Below the pieces are notes generated by a model. That model searched no databases and was not told the DNA's origin. It was given only the letters and a program-made list of their open reading frames with translations. 64,000 nucleotides of DNA from Haliotis rubra. Its lineage: Eukaryota. Below, piece after piece: positions 50,389-62,300 of this stretch (position 1 is the stretch's first letter; each line of letters begins with the position of its first letter). The position numbers and the translations under genes are program-made. The stretch is taken from NCBI RefSeq assembly GCF_003918875.1, contig NW_025766976.1:744001-808000 (forward strand), in the 5' to 3' direction.

Positions 50389-53300
50389 CTGAAAAAAAAA
50401 ATGCAATGTTGTTTTACTCCGCACTCCCGTAATACTACTATATTTGTTTCAGCCTAAACCAGAAAAGCTTGTGATTGATATCTGAAATATCCGCTGGTGA
50501 TACGATAACGCGCGGTCAACCAATGTACTAAGCCTGACCACTAGAACTGAGTTCCCCCTTGCGTCTGGCATAGATAGCCTCCTCTTGTCGGGAACATTAT
50601 GAACCCAGTGACATATAAAGGGAATGTATGCTCCAAGTAAAACCTGCAGTCCTTTTAATCGGTTACTACAAACAGTGCTTCAGTTGTTTCCTCACTAAGG
50701 ACGGTCGGGAATAGAAAGGGTCTTCAGAAGCCCATGGTTGGTTGCTTAACGCCGCACTCAGTAACATATAGCCGCGGTCTGTAAATAATCGAGTCTGGAC
50801 CAGACAATCCAGTGATCAACAGCATGAGCGAATGGGGATACGATTGGATACGATGACATGTGTCAACCACGTCAGTGAACCCCGATCCCGTTCGTTAGTC
50901 GCCTCTTATGACAAACACAGGTTGATCTTCACGGGTTTCAGAAGCACATGCAGAGGCGATCCAGGATTTAGAAAGGGTGCATAAATGATGAAGTCCAAAG
51001 GTTGGGGGAAATGTTCCTCGGGGAATTCTTTTCGGGCAAGAAGGGTGGGTGCGTGGGGTGGGTGGGGGGATGTGTAACGCAAGAGCATAACAAGTCACGA
51101 TTATTCGCTTAAACAATGGGCGCAAGAGTAAACATTGGTGAAACTGAATGGCTCACTGAACATCAGGACACCAGGTGTTCGACAAAGAAGGCTACATGCC
51201 CTGCCTTACTGTAGATCTGTTAGGTGAGTTAAGATCAAGAGAATGCTGAACAGCGGTAAGAATGAAATCATTTTATGATCTTACCTAAGGTGAAGAAAAC
51301 TGGTGGACTCTTCTTGCCATCTCCTCCCCAGTTGTATGCTAAGACCCGCAGTCGGTAGATTATGCCCTTCTTGATACCTCTGTCAAAATGAGAAACGTCA
51401 TTAAGGGGCAAAAACAAACCAGTCTTTCGGATTGAAGGTTGTTGTTTTTGCTAAAAACAGACAAAGAGTGCAGACTTAACAAAACCATCTCGCATGATAA
51501 GAGCCCCTATAACTCTGATATGAAAACATGAGTGATTTTAGGGGGTGCGATATTATGGATGTGAAAAGCAAACGATGTAAGTGATAATCTGTCAAACCGA
51601 TAGCCAAATAATTTCGTGAATACAATTTCAACTATTCTTAGCAACAGTGTTGTCCTTAGATTAAAACAATGCCCATAACAAAAAATATTTAAAAAAGAAA
51701 TAAAGCAAAAACCAAAAATCTCTTTCTGTCTTGACCACGTTCGATGGAAACGTGCAACATCTCTCTTTCATCCCCCTTAGTTATCTTCCCTGGATCAGCT
51801 ACCTAATGATACCGTGGGTCTCCTTCCCGAGCGTTGTAGCGTCCTTGGCCGTAAGGATGTTCTCCGAAGACTCCCAATATCGCATCTGAGAACAGAATAG
51901 CCATCAATACTCCAGTCAATGTTTACAGCTTGTCATATACCGATATGCATCTGTCGAGTCGGGCGAGGCAATGTGCAATTATGGGCAAATTACAAATGTT
52001 TGATTGGAAGGCCTGCAACCATGCCATTGATCTTTATGCTTGCAATAATTGCATCTATCAGGCCTGCAATAACAGCCTCTATCAGCCCCTCTCCTTTAAT
52101 TCCAGTAATAGATACGATCACTGGCCAGTCTCTGATGATGACAGCAGTTCATTTACGAAGCGTGGTCAAACAAGCGTTCGCAACAGTAACCGCATGCAGC
52201 GTGCGCTGTTAACGTCACCGTCGTCAGCTTCGTTTTCTTATGACATACTAATTTACATAAACATTACTGCCATAACATTCTTCCCACCATTTTGGATGAT
52301 AAAACGACTGGAATTTGCTTTTGAAGAGTTTGTGTCCCTCAGTGTGAATGAAACCTGGGAATGTGGCTTCGAATACTGACTCATCTTCATTACGTTTCCA
52401 GGGCCGCGTTCCTCAAATCGATCATAACCCTAATGCGTCCGTAACTCCCATACTTTAACATAGACTTACGACAGTCGTAGCGCTACGGTCGCTTTGAGGA
52501 ACGAAGCCCAGGTCGTCAGCAGTACACGTGGCTTTCGCCACAGAGGTAAATGTCTGAGACTCATATCGCTTCAGGCGTTTCTCACAAATCAAGCTGCCTC
52601 TGTAACGGCTTGATTTTCAAAACTCACTCACTCAAATTCATAGGTGACTGACTGAGTTACCTTTGGGTCTTTACGCCGATAAAACAGTATTTCGGTCAGT
52701 TTACTGAGGGAACAGCATGTCTCCCAGTTTGGATCATAAGCTAAGATTACGACGCATATTCCTGGCCGTTTTTGGCACGTTTAAGTGACACAAATACACA
52801 TTCCTCAGCCATCACATGGCGATTGCTTGTTACTATACTCTGTGGTGACTCTGGGTCAGGTCATTAATTAAATAGGGGTGGACAGCATGGCTCAGCTAAT
52901 TAGTGTATTCACTGAGTCTGTCTTGTGGGAGGTCTGTCTTTTGGGAGTGAACCTGTCTAATGATGTTGATCACGTGAGACAGACACTGGTAGATTGACCA
53001 GGTTAGTATATCATCAGCACTGATGCAAGGTATCGTATCCGTTTTGAGTACCAACGAGAGTCCGCGCGTCCGGTAATTCTGCGCAGCAATAGCGTACTTC
53101 ATTATTGAAGGCAAACATCGTCTGCTACCACATTTACGCTTGAAATCGGGACATTTCTACAAGGGACTGGCTTTTAATCACTAAAGGTAAGTATATAACA
53201 GTAATTGACAGATAAATTGACAGTTATATGAAAATTCTTTTTCTTCAGACTTTTAAACCTTTTCTTCATTATTCATAATTGGATTTAATATGAAACACTC

Positions 53301-56300
53301 TTCCTTACATTGATAAAGTGATTTTTGAAAATTATCTGGCTCTAATACGCTTCCATACTTCGGATCTCCAGCTGGATGTTATGCGCATCAGTTGCTGCGC
53401 AGAATTACCGGATAGCAAGCGATGTCGTCAGAACGGCGGGAGGGTCAACCGTATGGCATAATGCAACGTTAGAATCTTATAGTCGTCAATAAAACCTATA
53501 TTTCTAGGTAAATAGGTTCATGTTTAGTCACGTAAACCACAAAAATAAGAGATGTTAGTTGCCGTGTTGCGATCGATGTGCTTAGGTGCGCGGAACTACC
53601 GGATGGCATTGTATATCGATCCTTGTGACGTCAATCACTGGATTGTCTGGTTTGCAAACCACCGACATAAAGCTGGAATATCATCACTATCATTTTTATT
53701 ATTATTTTTATTATCTTTTCTTACCTTATATCCTAGCAGAGTCTCCTCGGCGAGTCCTGTGCTGACGCCCTGCCAGGCGACGTACACGCTGTCGAAGGTG
53801 TGGGAGCGGATCTCAACGTATCTCGGGTATAGAAACGGCGCTGTCAGAAAACAAACACGACAATGTGGAACATCCAGCAGAACACTTAGAAGAAAAGGGT
53901 AACGACAGTTACATCTATGTCACCACAGGTAAGTATCAATGTACATGTGGTACACCTACCTGAAGTGAAGGTACTAATGATGTACTCTTACCTGAAGTGA
54001 AGGTACTAATGAAGTACACCTACCTGAAGTGAAGGTACTAATGAAGTACTCCTACCTGAAGTAAAGGTACTAATGATCTACACCTACCTGAAGAGAAGGT
54101 ACTAATGAAGTACTCCTACCTGAAGAGAAGGTACTAATGAAGTACACCTACCTGAAGTGAAGGTACTGATGCGGTACTCTTACCTGAAGTGAAGGTACTG
54201 ATGAGGTACTCCAACCTGAAGTGAAGTTACTGATGAGGTACTCTTACCTGAAGTGAAGGTACTGATGCCGTACTCTTACCTGAAGTAAGGGAATTAATGA
54301 GGTACTCTTACCTGAAGTGATATAGCAATATATAGCAGTCAAACAGGTAGATTTCTCTTCAGATAGATTGCTAGACTTTTAATAACATTCACATTTTTGG
54401 TGCATAACAACTGCTTAAACTTAAAGACAGATGGATGTATATGATAATATTCAGGTATAAACTGCATCCGACTTGTATGGTAATAAGGACATACTAATAA
54501 AAAGTGGTATTCGTCTTCTACGACATCTAAATGACACTTGATACATATTACTATAGTATTATCGACATTGTCTTTATTGAAACGCAACTGTTGGACACCC
54601 AATTTGTGCGATAAGCAACGAAATTTACATAAAATACGCCTCAAGTCTCTATTAGTGTACAACGCAGTTATATATACTTCTGTTTCCAAAACTGACTTGT
54701 ACGATGAATAAACTTTAAGAAAAGAACTACTACCAATATCACTGCTCCAAGTTTGGAAACAGATATCCTTGCAGCGTTGCTTACACGTTATCATAAATAC
54801 ATCTCCGTCGCCAAAGTCTTGTGTAATCCACACAAAAGAAAATCCAAATTTAAACAACAGTGAAGGAACATGAGAAACCCAGTTAACATTTCCATTTTCG
54901 TCAGAGACATTAAGCATTTCATAACAAGCTCGAGGATACCAATGGCTACTCATTCTCACGAGTCTACACCAGTACCTGATACAACGACTAAAATAATTAA
55001 CAGCCATTTGATATCTGCCCAACTCCCCTAACACAGCTTTTGTAGCCACAAATTTTCCTAAACCTAGATACTTCTTGAAGAACGAGCCCTGTAGCTTTTC
55101 AATATCTGCTCTATATGTATATCCCCACATTTCAGCGCCATAAAGCAAACTAGGTGCTATTTTCGTGTCAAATATGTTCTTAGCCATTTCATGAGGTGCG
55201 TCATACTTTATCAACATTTGTTTGACAGGAAAGCTCGCTTTCATTGCTGTTAACGACAGAGTTTCACAAGCTTTAGACCATACTAGCCTTGAGGAAAATA
55301 TGACACCCAAATACTTATAATAGCTAACAACTTTCATTTCCTGACCATCATAAACTATTTCTCTGTACTTCTAAGATAGCCACCATTTCTAAAAACAATA
55401 ATTTGAGACTTATCTAAATTCACCTCCAGACCCCAGTTCAAACAATATTTATGTAGGAAATCTAATTTTCACTGAAGCCCTACGACATAATCATCTACCA
55501 AGGTGACATCATCGGCAAACAGCAGCAGTAAAATGTCGTCCAGTTCCGATTTGACAAATATACCCCTTATACCACTATTTTGCATTTCCTCTACTTACTC
55601 ATTTATAAAAGATATAAACAATACCGGACTCAACATACAACCTTGTCTGACGCCATGTGAAGTTGTGAATATATCCGACCTATTACTGCCAACTCGGACG
55701 AAGTGAAGGTACTAATGAGTATTAATGAGCTACTCCTACCTGAAGTGAAGGTACTGATGAGGTACTCTTACCTGAAGTGAAGGTACTAATGAGGTACACT
55801 TACCTGAAGTAAAGGTACTAATGAGGTACTCTTGCCTAAAGTGAAGGTACTAATTAGTATTAATGAGCTACTCCTACCTGAAGTGAAGGTACTCATGAGG
55901 TACTCTTACCTGAAGTGAAGGTACTAATGAGGTAATCTTACCTGAAGTGAGGGTACTAATGGGGTACTCTTACCTGAAGTGAAGGTACTAATGAGGTACT
56001 CTTACCTGAAGTTAAGGTACTAATAAAACACTCTTACCCTGAAGTGAAGGTACTGATTAGGTACTCTCTACCTGAAGTGAAGGTACTGATGAGGCATTAT
56101 TACCTGAAGTGAAGGTACTAATGAGGTACTCTTACCTGAAGTGAAGGTGCTAATGAGGTACTCTTACCTGAATTAAGGGTACGAATGGGGTACTCTTACC
56201 TGAATTAAGGTACTAATGAGGCACTCCTACCTGAAGTGAAGGTACTGATGAGGTACTCTTACCTGAAGTGAAGGTACTAATGAGGAACACTTACCTGAAG

Positions 56301-59300
56301 TGAAGGTACTAATGAGGTACTCTTACCTGAAGTAAAGGTACTAATGAGTATTAATGAGCTACTCCTACCTGAAGTGAAGGTACTAATGAGGTACTCTTAC
56401 CTGAAGGGAAAGTACTAGTAAAGAACTCTTACCTGAAGTGAAGGTACTGATGAGGAACACTTACCTGAAGTGAAGGTACTAATGAGCTACTCCTACCTGA
56501 AGTGAAGGTACTGATGAGGTAATCTTACCTGAAGTGAGGGTACTAATAGGGGTACTCTAACCTGAAGTGAAGGTACTAATGAGGTACTCTTGCCTGAAGT
56601 GAAGGTACTGATGAGGTAATCTTACCTGAAGTGAGGGTACTAATGGGGTACTCTAACCTGAAGTGAAGGTACTAATGAGGTACTCTTACCTGAAGTGAAG
56701 GTACTAATAAAGTACTCTTACCTGAAGTGAAGGTACTAATGAGGTACTCCTACCTGAAGTGAAGGTACTGATGAGGTAATCTTACCCGAAGTGAGGGTAC
56801 TAAAGAGGTACTCTTACCTGAAGTAAAGGTACTAATGAGGTACTCTTGCCTAAAGTGAAGGTACTAATTAGTATTAATGAGCTACTCCTACCTGAAGTGA
56901 AGGTACTAATAAAGTACTCTTACCTGAAGTGAAGGTACTGGTGCGGTACTCTTACCTGAAGTGAAGGTACTTATGAGGTACTCTTACCTGAAGTGAAGGT
57001 ACTAATAAAGTACTCTTACCTGAAGTGAAGGTACTGATGAGGTACTCTTACCTGAAGTAAAGGTACTAATGAGGTACTCTTGCCTAAAGTGAAGGTACTA
57101 ATTAGTATTAATGAGCTACTCCTACCTGAAGTGAAGGTACTCATGAGGTACTCTTACCTGAAGTGAAGGTACTAATGAGGTAATCTTACCTGAAGTGAGG
57201 GTACTAATGGGGTACTCTTACCTGAAGTGAAGGTACTAATGAGGTACTCTTACCTGAAGTGAAGGTACTAATAAAAGTACTCTTACCTGGAAGTGAAGGT
57301 ACTGATTAGGTACTCTACCTGAAGTGAAGGTACTAATGAGCCACTCCTACCTGAAGTGAAGGTACTGATGAGGTATTCTTACCTGAAGTGAAGGTACTAA
57401 TGAGGTACACTTACCTGAAGTGAAGGTACTAAATGAGGTACTCTTTCCTGAAGTGAAGGTCCTAGAGAGTATTAATGAGCTACTCTTACCTGAAGTGAAG
57501 GTACTGATAACGTACTCTTACCTGAAGTGAAGGTACTGAGGTACTTTTACCTGAATTAAGGGTACTAATGGGGTAATCCTACCTGAAGTGAAGATATTAA
57601 TGAGCTACTCCTACCTACCTGAGTTAAGGTACCAATGAGGTACTCTAACCTGAAGTGAAGGTACTAATGGCATTAATGAGCCACTCTTACCAGAAGTGAA
57701 GGTACTAATGAGGTACTCTTACCTGAAGTGAAGGTACTAATGAAAGTAATCTTACCTGAAGTGAAGGTACTAATGAGGTACTCTACTACCTGAAGTGAAG
57801 GTACTGATGAGGTAATCTTACCTTGAAGTAAAGGTACTAATGAGGTACTCTTGCCTGAAGTGAAGGTACTAATTGTCTTTATTGAAACGTGCAACTGTTG
57901 GCCACACAATTTTAGATAAGCAACTAAAATACGCCTCAAGTCTCTATTAGTGTACAACGCAGTGCTATATATACTTCTGTTTCCAAAACTGACTTGTACG
58001 ATGAATAAACTCTAAGAGAAAGAACTACTACCAATAGTGTAATCCCACACAAAGAAAATCCAAATTTAAACAACAGTGAAGGAACATGAGAAACCCAGTT
58101 AACATTTCCATTTTTCGTCAGAGACATTAAGCATTTCATAACAAGCTCGAGGGATACCAATGGCTACTCATTGTCACGAGTCTACACCAGTACCTGATAC
58201 AACGACTAAAATAATTAACAGCCATTTGATATCTGCCCAGCTCCCCTAACACAGCTTTGTAGCCACAAATTTTCCTAAACCTAGATACTTCTTGAAGAAC
58301 GTGCCCTGTAGCTTTCAGCTTAATATCTGCTCTATATGTATATCCCCACATTTCAGCGCCATAAAGCAAACTAGGTGCTATTTCCGTGTCAAATATGTTC
58401 TTAGCCATTTCATGAGGTGCGTCATACTTTATCAAAATTTGTTTGACAGGAAAGCTCGCTTTCATTGCTGTTAACGACAGAGTTTCACAAGCTTTAGACC
58501 ATACTAGCCTTGCGGAAAATATGACACCCAAATACTTATAATAGCTAACAACTTCCATTTCCTGACCATCATAAACCATTTCTCTGTACTTCTAAGATAG
58601 CCACCATTTCTAAAAACAATAATTTGAGACTTATCTAAATTCACCTCCAGACCCCAGTTCAAACAATATTTATGTAGGAAATTTTCACTGAAGCCCTACG
58701 ACAGAATCATCTACCAAGGTGACATCATCGGCAAACAGCAGCAGTAAAATGTCGTCCAGTTCCGATTTGACAAATATACCCCTTATACCACTATTTTGCA
58801 TTTCCTCTACTTAATAATTTATAAAAGATATAAACAATACCGGACTCAACATACAACCTTGTCTGACGCCATGTGAAGTTGTGAATATATCCGACCTATT
58901 ACTGCCAACTCGGACGAAGTGAAGGTACTAATGAGTATTAATGAGCTACTCCTACCTGAAGTGAAGGTACTGATGAGGTACTCTTACCTGAAGTGAAGGT
59001 ACTAATGAGGTACACTTACCTGAAGTAAAGGTACTAATGAGGTACTCTTGCCTAAAGTGAAGGTACTAATTAGTATTAATGAGCTACTCCTACCTGAAGT
59101 GAAGGTACTCATGAGGTACTCTTACCTGAAGTGAAGGTACTAATGAGGTAATCTTACCTGAAGTGAGGGTACTAATGGGGTACTCTTACCTGAAGTGAAG
59201 GTACTAATGTGGTACTCTTACCTGAAGTGAAGGTACTAATAAAGTACTCTTACCTGAAGTGAAGGTACTGATTAGGTACTCCTACCTAGAAGTGAAGGTA

Positions 59301-62300
59301 CTAATGAGCTACTCCTACCTGAAGTGAAGGTACTGATGAGGTATTATTACCTGAAGTGAAGGTACTAATGAGGTACTCTTACCTGAAGTGAAGGTGCTAA
59401 TGAGGTACTCTTACCTGAATTAAGGGTACGAATGGGTTACTCTTACCTGAATTAAGGTACTAATGAGGCACTCCTACCTGAAGTGAAGGTACTGATGAGG
59501 TACTCTTACCTGAAGTGAAGGTACTAATGAGGAACACTTACCTGAAGTGAAGGTACTAATGAGGTACTCTTACCTGAAGTGAAGGTACTAATGAGTATTA
59601 ATGAGCTACTCCTACCTGAAGTGAAGGTGCTAATGAGGTACTCTTACCTAAGTACTAATAAAAGAACTCTTACCTGAAGTGAAGGTACTGATGAGGTAAC
59701 ACTTACCTGAAGTGAAGGTACTAATGAGGTACTCTTACCTGAAGTGAAGGTACTAATGAGGGTAATCTTACCTACATGAAATGAAGGTACTAATGAGCTA
59801 CTCTACCTAGAAGTGAAGGTACTGATGAGGTGAGTGGGGTACTAATGGGGTACTCTTACCTGAAGTTAAGGTACTAATGTGGGGTACTCTTTCCTGAAGT
59901 GAAGGTACTAATAAAGTACTCTTACCTGGAAGTGAAGGTACTAAAAGGTACTCTTACCTGGAAGTGAAGGTACTAATGAGGTACTCCTACCTGAAGTGAA
60001 GGTACTGATGAGGTAATCTTACCCGAAGTGAGGGTACTAAAGAGGTACTCTTACCTGAAGTAAAGGTACTAATGAGGTACTCTTGCCTCTAAAGTGGAGG
60101 TAATTAGTATTAATGAGCTACTCCTACCTGAAGTGAAGGTGCTCATGAGGGTTACTCTTACCTGGAAGTGAAGGTACTAATGAGGTAATCTTACCTGAAG
60201 TGAGGGGTACTAATGGGGTACTCTTACCTGGAAGTGAAGGTACTAATGAGGTACTCTTACCTGAAGTGAAGGTACTAATAAAGTACTCTTACCTGAAGTG
60301 AAGGTACTGGTGCGGTAATCTTACCTGAAGTGAAGGTACTAATGAGGTACTCCTACCTGAAGTGAAGGTACTGATGAGGTAATCTTACCTGATGAGGAGG
60401 TACTCAATTTGGAGGCACTCTTACCTGAAGTAAAGGTACTAATGAGGTACTCTTGCCTAAAGTGAAGGTACTAATTAGTATTAATGAGCTACTCCTACCT
60501 GAAGTGAAGGTACTCATGAGGTACTCTTACCTGAAGTGAAGGTACTAATGAGGTAATCTTACCTGAAGTGAGGGTACTAATGGGGTACTCTTACCTGAAG
60601 TGAAGGTACTAATGAGGTACTCTTACCTGAAGTGAAGGTACTAATAAAGTACTCTTACCTGAAGTGAAGGTACTGGTGCGGTACTCTTACCTGAAGTGAA
60701 GGTACTTATGAGGTACTCTTACCTGAAGTTGAAGGTACTAATAAAGTACTTTTACCTGAAGTGAAGGTACTGATGAGGAACTTCTACCTGAAGTGAAGGT
60801 ACTGATGAGGTACTATTACCTGAAGTGAATGTACTAATGAGGTACTATTACCTGAAGTGAATGTACTAATGAGGTACTCTTACCTAAAGTGAAGGTACTA
60901 ATGAGGTCCTCTTATCTTAAGTGAAGGTACTAATGAGTATTAATGAGCTACTCCTACCTAAAGTGAAGGTACTGATGAGGTACTCTTACCTGAAGTGAAG
61001 GTACTAATGAGGTACACTTACCTGAAGTGAAGGTACTAATGAGGTACTCTTTCCTGAAGTGAAGGTACTACTGAGTATTAATGAGCTACTCCTACCTGAA
61101 GTGAAGGTACTGATAACGTACTCTTACCTGAAGTGAAGGTACTGAGGTACTCTTACCTGAATTAAGGGTACTAATGGGGTACTCCTACCTGAAGTGAAGA
61201 TATTAATGAGCTACTCCTACCTGAAGTTAAGGTACTAATGAGGTACTCTTACCTGAAGTGAAGGTACTAATGGGTATTAATGAGCTACTCCTACCAGAAG
61301 TGAAGGTACTGATGCGGTACTCTTACCTGAAGTGAAGGTACTAATGAGTTACTCTTACCTGAAGTGAAGGTACTGATGCGGTACTCCTCTCCTCGAGGTC
61401 CAAGTCCAGCGGTATTGAATACCTGGACGTTGAACCAGTAGTCCCCGTCTGGCTGCAGACCGATGACTAACCCTCCGTCAAGCTGGCCGTAGTGGGAGAT
61501 GGAGTGGAGAATTGGGTCCTCCTCGCCCTCCATGTAGTAGTTGATCTGTAGACGTGAATGTTTTCACTGACGTCAGTGACTTTGCAGTTTCGGACATACA
61601 TGTTTCGTAACCGTCAATGCCTATCAGTCAATTGATCGACCGTGTGCATACGTTTAGGTGATTAGAACGCTTGATTGATAGTCGTAATAGCGGAAGTCGC
61701 CTTTCATATTGCTCGTCGTCGTCTAAGTACGTCGTTGACATTTTTCTTGCAGTAGTTGTCGTAGGAGCGAAGGAATTTTGACCAACTACAATTGGAACCA
61801 TATTTCAGTTACGCCATGTCAGCCTGTTGTGAGAGATAAGCTCGAATTGACGCACTGACGGATACGATAAAACAGGATAATGTCGAATCTGGGATTCGAA
61901 CCCATGACCGTGCGTTTCTGACAAGCGTAAGGGACGCAACTTTACACAGCGAATTGCGAGGACTTAGCCTGGCCTACCCGTGTCCCCTGACGTTGTATTA
62001 GTAGTAATAATGGTTGTAGTTGCAGTAGAAGTTGCAGTAGAAGCTGCTGCAGCAGAAGTGGATGAGCGAGTATGGTTTTACGCCACTTTTAGCAATGTTC
62101 CAGCAATATCACGGCGGGGGACACCAGAAATGGGCTTCACACATTTTACGGATGTAGGAATCGAACCCGGGCCTTAGGTGTGACGAGTGAACGTTTTAAC
62201 CACTAGGCTACCTCACCGCCCCTGCAGCATTAGTAGTCGTAGTAGTAGTATGAGGGGGAGAAAGAGCAGTCGGATGAGAGGACCACACGGATGAGAGGGA

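Larger units (their letters stand above)
53950..61387 (-). repeat. 32-bp minisatellite (with 43-bp variants) derived from the contactin exon/intron junction, roughly 150 units in three blocks
   Basis: Unit cctgaagtgaaggtactaatgaggtactctta; the last unit overlaps the coding exon (61359-61387). Confidence 0.95.

Noticed and set aside
53950-61387. 32-bp repeat array as a CRISPR array
   Set aside because: Units are head-to-tail with no unique spacers, there are no cas genes, and the context is a eukaryotic intron.
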